The translations under genes were made by a program, and so were the position numbers. From NCBI GenBank assembly GCA_030390025.1, contig CM059432.1, positions 73,658,001 to 73,722,000 of the forward strand: a stretch of DNA of 64,000 nucleotides, in the 5' to 3' direction. This stretch comes from Squalus acanthias (Eukaryota). Positions 21,501 through 31,813 of this stretch are shown here, piece by piece. Within the stretch, counting starts at the first letter, position 1; each line of letters begins with the position of its first letter. Below the pieces are notes generated by a model, which did no database searches, had not been told where the DNA came from, and saw only the letters and a list, made by a program, of their open reading frames with translations.

Positions 21501-21780
21501 GGTCGGTAAATGAAGTCCTTCATACAATGTCCAAAGTGTTTCCAGTCTCCAGAAGAAGCAAGGCTGCTTGCAGGCCTTAAATCCAGCAGCACTGATGACG
21601 TCATCGGAGGCGACTTTCAGGATGGAAAGACTAATTGGGCCAGGGGTTCCTACACGCTGGAAATCAAGTGCCCAATTAGGGGAAAATCGCACTTTTTTCC
21701 CACTTCACATCGGAGTCGGGGTCCTGACACGAAAACCACCTGACACGCCCCAGCCCGACCCCAATGGCAATATCGAGCCC
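18502..21780. mobile_element. Harbinger element A (transposase deleted; retains Myb/SANT gene)
   Basis: TIRs GGGCTCGATTTTGCC / GGCAATATCGAGCCC, TAT TSD on both sides. Only a Q-rich 5' transposase remnant (~18950-19300) remains. Confidence 0.9.
19616..21500 (-). pseudogene. Harbinger Myb/SANT-like DNA-binding protein, 3 exons (21500-21261, 20941-20782, 20625-19616), one in-frame stop at 20135
   Basis: APRFDEPSLQALV...W..VA..VN...RTW.QCRKRFHDL trihelix motif; canonical GT/AG sites with consistent phases; TGGG motif in exon 2. Confidence 0.85.
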
Positions 21781-22303
21781 TATGACTCTATGGGGGAAAA
21801 ATTCAGTTGGTTGCGCCTCCCGTTAGCGCCTTAAGAGGGCGCTAATGGGGCGTTAAGGCGCTAACGCCCGGACGCAGCGCTGTTTGCGCCGCTCGAGAAC
21901 TTAACTTGAGATTGTGCGGCGGCGCTAAAACTTACCGCTGCGACCACCTGCGCGCGCAGATTGTGACGTCATTCCATGGTGCAACGCCCTTGGGGCGCCC
22001 CGGAGCGGAAATTGAGTGGCGCCCCCTGCCTTACCGCCTGGCGCTTCCAACGACCGGAAGACTGGAACGTTATCAATCGGTGTGGGGCTGGGGGGGGCGC
22101 TATTTAAAGGGGGCCTCTTCCTGTCTTTTTCTGTGGTCGACATTTATGCACCACTCGTTCTGAGAGAGAGAGAGAGATTCGGAGAGAGAGAGAGAGAGAC
22201 TTCTACATTGACTCAACGCTTTGTGAGGTAGTTTTGCCTAGTTCATCCTAACTTTGCTGCTACTTTAGTTGCTGTACCTCATTACTTTTCTGGCAAAGAG
22301 AAT

Positions 22304-23464
22304 ATGGGGGCTGCAATGATTGGGGGCGTCGTCCTGCTCCAGCTCAATCGGAGGATAGTGAGACGCAGACAGAGAGTGGCAATGATGGCCAGACGGAGGA
22401 GGGCCATCAGGCGCATGTACAGGAGAGCTTACCCTCCCAGGGTATATCGTGAACAGCTCTCCTACATCCATATGTCCGAGGAGCTGTGTTTGCGAAGGCT
22501 GCGATTCAGCAAGGAGGTGGTCACTGAGCTCTGCCACCTGCTGCAGCCAGATCTGCAGCCTCAGCTGAGGTCCAGGACGTCTCTGTCGGTGGCAGTGAAG
22601 GTCACAGTGGCTTTGAACTTCTACGCCACTGGCTCATTCCAAGCTGCTGTTGGGGACCTCGCCAATATCTCCCAGTTTGCGGTGCATCGCTGCATCCGGC
22701 AGGTCACCAATGCCCTCTTCACAAGGAGACGAGACTTCATCTCCTTCCCTATGACCCCAGACAAGCAGCATGACCGTGCTATGGGCTTTGCGAGGGTAGC
22801 GGGCTTCCCCATGGTGCAGGGCGCCATTGACTGCACGCATGTGGCTTTGCGTGCTCCGCGAGAGAATGCAGAGGAGTTCCGGAACAGAAAGGGGTTCCAT
22901 TCCTTGAATGTGCAGTTGGTCTGTGACCACAGACAGGTGATTCTTGCTGTCAATGCCCACTATGCGGGCAGCTGCCACGATGCTTTCATCCTGCGCCAGA
23001 GTACTGTGGCAGAAATTTTCGAGGCACCGCATCAGCCAGTTGGTTGGCTTCTGGGGGACAAGGGGTACGCATTGAGCACCTGGCTGATGACACCGCTCCG
23101 TGCGCCAAACACCCCTGCTGAGCTGCGGTACCAGGAAAGCCAACAAGCAACCAGGAACATTATTGAGCGCACAATCGGCGTGCTGAAACAACGATTCCGC
23201 TGTCTGGACCATTCTGGAGGAGCCCTGCAGTACTCGCCTGAGCAAGTTTCGAAATTCGTAGTCGTGTGCTGCATGTTGCACAACATGGCAATCCTCAGGA
23301 CGCAGCCAATGCCACCAGGCCTTGCAGCACCACAAGAGGAGGAGGAGGAAGAGGAGGAACAGGACGAGGACGATGATCAGCAGCAGCACCAAGGCAGGAG
23401 GGCGGCCCACAATGGTCAAACTGCAAGGGCCGTCCGTCAACGACTAATAGCAAGCCGCTTCTAG
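22304..23464 (+). CDS. PIF/Harbinger DDE transposase, 386 aa, intact
   Basis: GAIDCTHV, NRKGFHSLNVQ, GSCHDAFIL, LLGDKGY, RNIIERTIGVLKQRFRCL, CCMLHN motifs; TATTTAAA at 22100 upstream. Confidence 0.95.
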   Translation: MGAAMIGGVVLLQLNRRIVRRRQRVAMMARRRRAIRRMYRRAYPPRVYREQLSYIHMSEELCLRRLRFSKEVVTELCHLLQPDLQPQLRSRTSLSVAVKVTVALNFYATGSFQAAVGDLANISQFAVHRCIRQVTNALFTRRRDFISFPMTPDKQHDRAMGFARVAGFPMVQGAIDCTHVALRAPRENAEEFRNRKGFHSLNVQLVCDHRQVILAVNAHYAGSCHDAFILRQSTVAEIFEAPHQPVGWLLGDKGYALSTWLMTPLRAPNTPAELRYQESQQATRNIIERTIGVLKQRFRCLDHSGGALQYSPEQVSKFVVVCCMLHNMAILRTQPMPPGLAAPQEEEEEEEEQDEDDDQQQHQGRRAAHNGQTARAVRQRLIASRF

Positions 23465-23758
23465 GGCCCCTGCCATTGCTACAAACACGAATCAACCCAG
23501 CACGCAACCCCTAAGCCGGCCAAGGCACCAATAATTCCAACCACCAGCCATGTATATTTTGAATACAGAAACTTATTTATTGTACAAACTCTGTGTGTGT
23601 CAATTCCTCATGACAAACTCATAGAAATAAACACAAAAAAACAGTCAATAACATAACTGGTTCTCACAACCTGGAGATAATGTCCAAAACACTAAACAAA
23701 AGTTGGGCCATGAACCTCGGCCTTTAATAAAAAAATGACCAGCATTTTGGCACACCTC

Positions 23759-25665
23759 CTACTTTTTGCCCTTCGAGGGTGATCTCCTTCCCTTGCGCAC
23801 TTCCCCCCTTCTAACCCTACTGCTCCTCCGTAATGGGACCTCAGTGGCTGCAGCAAGGCTGGTGGAAGGCTGCTGCTCGTCAGACCCTGACACTGCAGAT
23901 GCCCCTGAAGGACGGCCTCGACCACTTCTGGGCCTGGAGGGCCCGGCTGCAGACTGCACCAACTCTGCATGGGCGGCAGCAGTCTGTCCTACAGGCAGGT
24001 GGCAAGTGCAGTGGAGAAGTGACAGTGTTGGCAGCAGGAATGCTGTCATCGTGAGAGAGGACAGCAACTCCCTGCTCGCCCGACACACTGGCACTCCCAC
24101 GGGGCAGCACTTCAGCATCCGGAGCAATTTGCCGGAGAACAGATTGCTGGCCTGCTGCGGCGCGGTGACAGCCCCGGGGACATGTGCACGAACCATCGAG
24201 GATGGCAGCAGTCAGTGCTCGCGTGGCCTCAATCTGAGTCTGCATGAGAGCAGTCTCAGATGGGTTCCTGGCAGCCAGTGACTGAATTGCAGCACTAAGC
24301 TTTAGTGTGGCATCCGCCTGTGCTACAGCGAAGTGCTCCACACTCCTTGCCAGTGCCTCAATGCATTCAGGCACCCTTCCCACTGCACCCATGAGCTCAG
24401 TGTGCATGCCCACCGCCTGGCTGTTCATTTCTGCAATCAGCCGCTCCTCCTCTGCGTCCATTGCAGTAGGAGTGTCTGGCATACTCTCCCTCTGGGGAGA
24501 AGGCTCCCGTTCTTCCCTCCCCCCTCCATGGCGTTGCTGCAGCCCGCTGGGTCCTGGAGCTTCACCATCATCAGCCCCTTCCCCCCTGCTCCCCCGTTCT
24601 TCCCTCCCCCCCCCATCGCGTTGCTGCAGCCCGCTGGGTCCTGGAGCTTCACCATCATCAGCCCCTTCCCCCCTGCTCCCCTCCGGGGAAGGCGTGTTCC
24701 CAGTGTGGCCATGGGCTTCCTCGGGAGAGGGTGGCACTGATGCTCCGGCTTCCTCTTCCTCCTCAGCTGCAGCATCACTCCCAGTGGCAGCTTCAGGGAC
24801 CATCTCCTCAGCTGGTGAATCACCATCTGAAAGCAGGGAGGTACAAGAGTGGCTTTAGCGTGAGGACAGGGTGGCAGTAAGGGAGGAATAAGTGCAGCGA
24901 GTTAGCAAGTTGGATTGAAAGTGTCAAAGGCTGGTATTGTGAGGGACAAGTGGAAGGACAGAGGACAAAAAGGTGATGACCTTACCATTGCTGTCCACAA
25001 CGGGGTCGGCGTCCCCAGTGGCGACGGGACCGATCACCCGGCTTGCCACAATCCTGTGGACGCGCTCCTCCAGATCGCTGAGGGGTTGCAGCTGAAGCCG
25101 CCCTCCACCCGTCCGTTGCTGCTGTCTCCGATTATGAGCCAGCTTAGCCTGCAAGAAAAAGGACAGCATCTGAGTAAATATACAGCCATGGTCTTGCCTG
25201 ATGTGCCTCCCATAGGTGAATAGCCCTTACAATATGCAGCCATGGTCTTGCCTGATGTGCCTCCCATAGGTGAATAGCCCTTACTGTATGCAAAGTGTGG
25301 AATGTGTGTGTGTGATGAAAGGGCCATAGGTGTTGCATGAGTGTTGTGCATTGGGGTTTTAAGACCCTCTGGCCATATAGTGAGGTTGAGATGGAGGGAT
25401 GGAGAGGTATTGAGAAAAAGCCACTCACCCTGACGACCCGAGTGAGGTCGTTGAATTTTTTGCGGCACTGAACATGGGTCCTGGGCACCATGCTCCTGGA
25501 GGAGACGCTCTGAGCCACCTCCCTCCACACTCTTCTGAACTCGCGTGGCAAAGGCCTCCTGCCACTCTCCGGGAACAGCATGCATCGTCTGCGCTCCACT
25601 GCGCCAACCAGAGCATCCAAGGCCCGCTCGGTGAAGCGATGAGCGCGTTCTCTCACCCTCTCCAT
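23759..25665 (-). pseudogene. Harbinger Myb/SANT-like protein, 3 exons (25665-25429, 25148-24986, 24826-23759), probable frameshift near 24000
   Basis: RAHRFTERALDALV...W.EVA..V....RT..QCRKKFNDL; GT/AG sites intact (phase 0 then 1). The basic tail PLRRSSRVRR lies in another frame beyond ~24000. ~87-bp tandem duplication in exon 3. Confidence 0.85.
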
Positions 25666-26054
25666 GCTTGGCAGCAAAATGGATTACAGGTCTCTCCAGG
25701 CTGAGATTCAAGGCTGCAATGAGCAGGGTGTGGCTGGGGAGCAAGTGGCCCCCCCCCGCTTTAAGAAGTGTCCGGCGCCAGTGTGTCTGTGTTCCCTCGC
25801 TAACTGGCAGCAGCTGCGCTGCGCTCGTGCGCTGAGGTAGCGCCTCACTCCTAGGCCTTTGCGCCTTAAGAGAGGTGTGCAGCGCCTAATTTAGCGCTCC
25901 ACTCACCTCCCGGGGCGGTAAAAGTGAAGTTTCCTGTCAGTGCCGATAATTAGCGCCAGGCGCTAATATTTGCGCTCGGACGATATTTGCGCCCCAAATG
26001 GGGCGCGACCTAATTTCTACCCCTATGTATCATAAACGTGTTTATTCTGGATGG

Positions 26055-26758
26055 ATTAACAATTGCATTATCATCGCCACATCCCCCACCATCAATATCC
26101 TGGAGGTCACCATTGACCAGAAACTCAACTGGACCAGCCATATAAATGCTATGGCTACTAGAGCAGGTCAGAGGCTGGGTATTTTGTGGCAAGTGTCTCA
26201 CCTCCTGACTCCCCAAAGCCCCTTCACCATCTACAAGGCACAATTCAGGAGTGTGATGGAATACTCTCCACTTGCCTGGATGGGTGCAGCTGTAACAACA
26301 CTCAAGAAGCTTGAGATCAACCAGGACAAAGCAGCCCACTGGAATCCCATCCACTAGCTTAAACATCCACACCCTGCACCACTGACTGCAGTGTGTGCTA
26401 TCTACAGGATGCACTGTAGCAAGTCGCCAAGGCTCCTTCGGCAGCACTTCCCAAACCCGCGACCTACACCACCTAGAATGACAAGGACAGCAGGTGCATG
26501 GGAACACCACCACCTCCAAGTTCCTCTCCAAGTCACACACTATTTCAACATGGACATTTATCACCATCCCTTCATTGTCGCTGGGTCCAAATTCTGGAAC
26601 TCCCTACCTAACAGTAGTTTGGGAGCACCTTCACCACATGGACTGCATCAGTTCAAAAAGAAGGCTCCCCACCATTTTCTCAAGGGCAACTAGGGATGGG
26701 CAATAAATGCTGGCCTTGCCAGTGACATCCATATCCTGAGAATGAATTAAAAAAAAAT
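26055..26758 (+). mobile_element. 3' fragment of a second CR1-group LINE family
   Basis: INILEVTIDQKLNWTSHIN, IYKAQFRSVMEYSPLAW; same family as 55750-57416; A-rich tail. Confidence 0.85.
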
Positions 26759-27467
26759 TATACATGACACACAGCAATCTTCCCCTGAATTGCCGTAAAT
26801 CATTGCAGAGGGGAAAACACAGTTTTAAACACAGATCATAACCAACATCTAAACTTCTACATCTGAACAGAACAGAAGCTTCTGTTATCTGGATATTTCT
26901 TTTAGAAGAGGTATTATTTGCCACAGAGAAACAGTTGAATCTAACATCTGAACGATGACTGTAATTTAATTTGACAGAAGGGGAAACAAGATAGAAATTA
27001 ATTTATTATTAACATTTTTAGTATTGGAGAAAAGGTACTTTTATTCAAAAGCCTCCCCCACCCACACACATGCTAAATCTGATATCACACAAATATTTTT
27101 TGTTCTATAATTTGCAAATATCATTCTCAATCTTACTCCCTCATGCCATTTTAAATGTTTGAACAAGGTGAAAACTATCAAAAAATTGCTAAATGAATTG
27201 TTTTTATAGGTATTTTCCTGGAGCTTCTCTATGATAGGAACCTGAATACAAAGCTAGGCATAAGATGTGAAAACTGATGCCTAGATAAAATTGGACAAGA
27301 ATATTAGATAGAAGTACAGAAGATGAATGGGAGGGGGCTGTCTTGGGAATTAAAGCAGTTTCTGTAAACTGTAACATATCAAAATCAAAGAATCTCAGTG
27401 AAATGCCTGCAGAAGTGGCAAGCATATCACAAACTGTGGAAATTTATCACTGTCCCAAAGAGTGAAA

Positions 27468-27965
27468 GGGAGAATTCTCCTGCGCGATCAGGATTTCCCT
27501 CCCACAGTTCCTGCCGAGACCGTTGCTAATTGCTCCTTCCCTACCCAACGCATGCAAAAGAAAATAGGGGGAGGGGCCTTGGTCTCCAGCAGATTTTCCT
27601 CCTTTCCACCCCAGTTACCACCATTTTCCGAAGCCAGGAAGCAGTAAAAAGGCCCAGAGTCCCCCCCCCCTCAAAGTAAGGAGAGCGCCTCGCAGTGGCT
27701 TTCTCCCCCTCCAGTCAGCCCAAACACTAACCAGCCGAAACCTTCAGTGGGAGCCTTCATTCTGATTTCCCTCTCTGCCTGCAGCTCTGCCAGACCTTCC
27801 CCGGTTACACTGGTGGGCATCTCTTGATTTCACAAAGCTTGCCAGGAACCCACCATTCATATGCGATAAGCCTCGACTCAGGAAAATGGGTTGGGGTTGG
27901 GGCAGGCACAGAGGGGTGGGCAGAAGTCACGCCCTACTGGAACTCTTCCCGGAAGAGAATTCCCC
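27468..27965. mobile_element. Old MITE, probably Harbinger-type
   Basis: GGGAGAATTCTCC ... GAGAATTCCCC imperfect terminal inverted repeats; TSD not clear. Confidence 0.5.
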
Positions 27966-28311
27966 TCTTGACCTCTAGATCCAGCACAATGAAGTTCACA
28001 TTAACATCCAGCCTTCCCTGCATTGCCAGTTTGTTTATTAAACCTGCACTTATTCCCCAAGTCCCCACTTTAATCTTTTCTGATGGCTCTACCACAATTT
28101 TGAACTCAATCTCTCTTGCACTCTACTCCATATTTAATAGGCCCTTTTTTACCTCTGTATTTCACTTCTGTGACAATATAAGATTTTCCCTTGTATATAA
28201 CTGTGCTATAAAATTTGGCTGTTTGTTTGCGGGGAGCTGTAGATGGTCTCTCCCTCTATTGCCTTGGTCCTATATAAATTGGAAAGTCTGGAACTTGGAG
28301 ACACAATACTA

Positions 28312-28700
28312 GAAACAAAGAATAAACAAACACATTTATATAGCACTTTATCATGTTCTCAGGACATCCCAAAGCACTTTAAAACCAATGAATTGCAGTA
28401 ACAATTATTATACAAGCAAATGCAGCTGCCAATATGCACACAGCAAGGTTCCAGAAACATCAAATGAGGTGATTCAGAGATGAATGTTGGGCAGAACACC
28501 AGGAGAACTCCTGCTCTTCTTCAAATAGTGCTATGGAATTGTTTACATTCACCTCAACCATTGAAACAGGTGCTCAGTTTAACATCTCATTTGGAAAAAG
28601 TGTCAGCCTAGACTATGTGCTCAGGACCTGAAGTGGGACTTGAACCTACAATCTTCTACATCACAGGTGGCAGTGCTACTAACGGAGCCAAGCTGACACT
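28312..28700 (-). mobile_element. DeuSINE-family SINE, decayed
   Basis: Reverse complement matches the 15014 element (catttatatagcac...ctcaggacatcccaaagcacttt) and ends in a tRNA-like head (ggacttgaacc). Confidence 0.65.
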
Positions 28701-29745
28701 CAAATGTCCCAATTTAGTATGTAATTAATTATTGTGTAATTAACAATTTTTAATTGCTAACATGTCTGATTTTTATTTCTAAAGACAAAGAATTGAGCCC
28801 ATTTGCTTTAGCTCATTTTCCCCAATTTACACACTTTTTGCTCACCTGATATTCTCTTACCATAGGAGTTCCACATGATTTCAGGATTTATGCCATTCAT
28901 CTATCATCTCAGGAGGTATTGTTTTATGCAGAATCTAATTACATTTTAGAAGAAAATTAGATTCAGCAATTTTTCAGTCTTGCGATTCTTTGCCTAGGAA
29001 CAGATCCCAATTATTAGCAGGTGAGTTTGTTGGCCTTGTGTCGTACAAACATGTGGATGTGGTGATCAGAATCATATAGTAATGGTAGCACTATCAATTA
29101 ATTCATTGATCAGGATAGGCATTGATCCAGGTCAGCAAAACAGGCTGATCCAAATAGGGTGAAGCTTGGTTCTTGACTTTAGAATGAAAATGGTTCTGTG
29201 TGGTATTGTTGCAAAGAACTGTCAAAGGGGCGTTTCTATACTTGGTAAATTTTGGGAAACAATTGGTTATGGATAACAACTTAAGGAACATTTTTTGTGG
29301 AAACTTTAAGAGGGAGGAGAAATCTTATCAGTAAATATCACAAGATAATTAAGGATGAAAGCCATTTGGCCCATCTTAATTCAGCCATTCAAAAGGATCT
29401 TAATGTCCCACCCCCAGTCTAGTATCCAATTGTTTTTAGCAGCCCGCAGTATTTTTGTGGAGCCAGCAGGACACCCTTTCCTTCCGGCTCCACAAAAAAA
29501 CCATTTTTTAAAAATTTCTGGCCGTTTCCTGATCGAATTCCAGTACACTTGGGGGCGGGGGGAGCATTCACAAGCAAACTAACATCCCATCTCCAACCTG
29601 CTTTTCCTCTCCAAAGTACTTGAAAGTTCTGTTGCCACGAAAATCCATCCCATCTTTCCATAACTCCATGTTTGAATTTCTCCAGTCAGGTTTCCACCCC
29701 TTCTACAATAGCAAATCAACCCTAACCAAAGTCACAAAAGACATA

Positions 29746-30681
29746 GGGCTGGATTTTGCCAGCCCCGAGGAGGTGGGTATGGAGGTGGGACTGCCGGTAA
29801 AGTTGCAGAAAGTGGGGGCGGCTGGCAAACCCGCCCCCATCCCGCCTCCGTGCCCTTTTGCCAGGAGGCAGGGAACCGTCCTGACCTGGGTCCCGTCTCC
29901 TCGAGGCGGGAAAGGGATTAAATCCTTTTAACTGCCTGTTAACACTTAGTTAACAGGCAGAAAAAAGGATTAGTCCCATTTTACCTTACCAACTGCCGGC
30001 TTCCCGACCTCGGAAAACCCCGCCGGGTTGGAGGAGTCGAGTAGGGGGTCTGCGGGGGTCGGAGGGGTCTGAAAGTGAGATGTAGAGGTGAGTGATGAGT
30101 GCAAGTGTGGAGTGGTAAGTATGTAAGGTGAGTGTAAAGTGTTAACAAATGTTCACTTACCTTTGTTTCTGCCTACAGCCTTCATCTGCTCTGGATTGGG
30201 AGTCCCGACATCTTCCTTGTAGATTTCACAGACTGGCTGTTGGATCCTCCGAGTCAACAGTCATCTGAAATCTACAAAGTAGAAAGGTTTGATGAGTCCT
30301 GAACACAAAGGCTCATCAAACTACACAGAATGTCAGTGTTTGACAGCTTCACAGAGCTGTCAAACGCTGACATTTCTTCTTTCAAGAAATCTTGACAGAT
30401 GGCATGTGCTCTGTCAGTGACTTCCCCCTAATTGGCCTGCTGAGCCCACAGGGCGGGCTTAACAAGGTCATGATGCGGAAGGAGCAAATCGATAGCTCCG
30501 AAAGCTTGTGATTTCAAATAAAACTGTTGGACTATAACCTGGTGTTGTGCGACCTCTCAATTTTAACAAGGTCAATCAGGGGAAAATCCCGTTGGTTGGC
30601 CAGAAGATGATAGAGGCGAGACTTATACCCGACAAGCAGCAGTCCCACCTCCAACTCATCTCCATTCACAAAATCCAGCCC
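29746..30681. mobile_element. Harbinger-type MITE (family also at 52676 and 61777)
   Basis: TIRs GGGCTGGATTTTG / CAAAATCCAGCCC, ATA TSD, shared internal palindromes tttgacagct..agctgtcaaa. Confidence 0.88.
30471..30562 (+). mobile_element. Short Penelope-like insertion inside the MITE
   Basis: gctccgaaagcttgtgatttcaaataaaactgttggactataacctggtgttgtgcgac is identical to 54812-54870; flanked by TTAACAAGGTCA duplication. Confidence 0.75.
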
Positions 30682-31076
30682 ATACTCTGTGACCATGAGG
30701 TATTATTCCATTTCATCCTCCTCAATATTTGTAAGGCCTTTTACATGGTTGGTCATACCATCCTCCTCCAATTACTTTACTTTTATCTCTGATCGTAACC
30801 AGAGCTCTCCAGTAATGACCTCTGTTCCCATCCCTGCCCCTTCAGAGTTCACCAAGGATCTATCATTGGTCCCATCCTTTTCCTCATTTGCATGCTGTTC
30901 CTTGGCAACATCTTCTTCAGACACAGGGTCAGTTTCAACATGTACGCCGGCAACACCCAGCTCCGCCTATCTCGACCCCACTCACTGCCTCTGTGCTGTC
31001 TGACTGCTTGTCTGACATTCAGTCTTAGAAGAACCACAATTTCTTTCAGTTAAACATTGGGAAAACCAAAGCCAAT

Positions 31077-31310
31077 GGGCTGGATTTTGATACTGGGGCG
31101 GGTTGGGGTCGTGTCATCCGCATTTTGTGTTATCCACCCGACTGCAATTGGATGTGGGAGATTGATGCAATTTTCACCTAATTGGGCAATTGAGTTCCAG
31201 CATGTGGGAACCCATGAAGCAATTAGTGGTTTCAGTCTGAAAGTCGCCTCTGATGATGTCATCATTGCTGCTGCATTGAAGGTCTTCAGAGACTGCCTGG
31301 CCTTTGCTGT

Positions 31311-31360
<50 letters not shown>

Positions 31361-31813
31361 ATTTTTTTTGCATCCAGGTCCTCTCACAGCAAAGGCCAGG
31401 CAGTCTCTGAAGACATTCAATGCAGCAGCATCAGAGGCGACTTTCAGACCTAATACTACTACTACCTTCATCACATCTCCGTTGTAATAGTGGACCTGCA
31501 GCTGATAGTCAGCTATCCACTTGTGCTCCCGCCAGGCTTCACTGGCGTGTTTCACATCAGGCGTGCTTCACGTCGGAAAAGGGTTAAACTAGCTAAAACG
31601 TTTCAAAATGGCATTACAGAGCCAATTTAGGGCTTGTTAAGGGCTTTAATGGCCTCTTGGAGGTGGGACGGAGTCGGGAACACCGCACACGATTTTATCA
31701 AAATTGCGTGGGGGCAGAATGGAGGTGGGATCAGGTCCGCCCACCAATTTTCGCAATTTTAACCCCCCACACGCCTCCAAACCCGCCTCCACGGTCCTAT
31801 GAAAATCCAGCCC
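31077..31813. mobile_element. Harbinger MITE related to the ends of element A, with internal inverted duplication
   Basis: TIRs GGGCTGGATTTT / AAAATCCAGCCC, AAT TSD; 31100-31280 resembles the reverse complement of 21580-21765. Confidence 0.85.

Larger units (their letters stand above)
21792..26023. mobile_element. Harbinger element B, full length (transposase plus convergent Myb/SANT gene)
   Basis: TIRs GGGGGAAAAATT / AATTTCTACCCC, TAT TSD, CpG-rich subterminal regions, two convergent genes. Confidence 0.93.

Noticed and set aside
22634..23440. 268-aa antisense ORF and other long shadow ORFs over Harbinger and CR1 genes
   Set aside because: Antisense or alternate-frame shadows of real coding regions.
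22304..23464. Domesticated HARBI1 gene
   Set aside because: Lies within TIRs and TSD with a partner Myb gene and has a related MITE, so it is a transposon copy.
28950..29020. Possible plus-strand exon ending in CAG|GTGAGT
   Set aside because: Weak acceptor, short unrecognised peptide, no partner exons.
30290..30320. ttgatgagtcc...ggctcatcaa as a hammerhead
   Set aside because: Lacks CUGANGA and GAAA in the required arrangement; it is a simple MITE palindrome.
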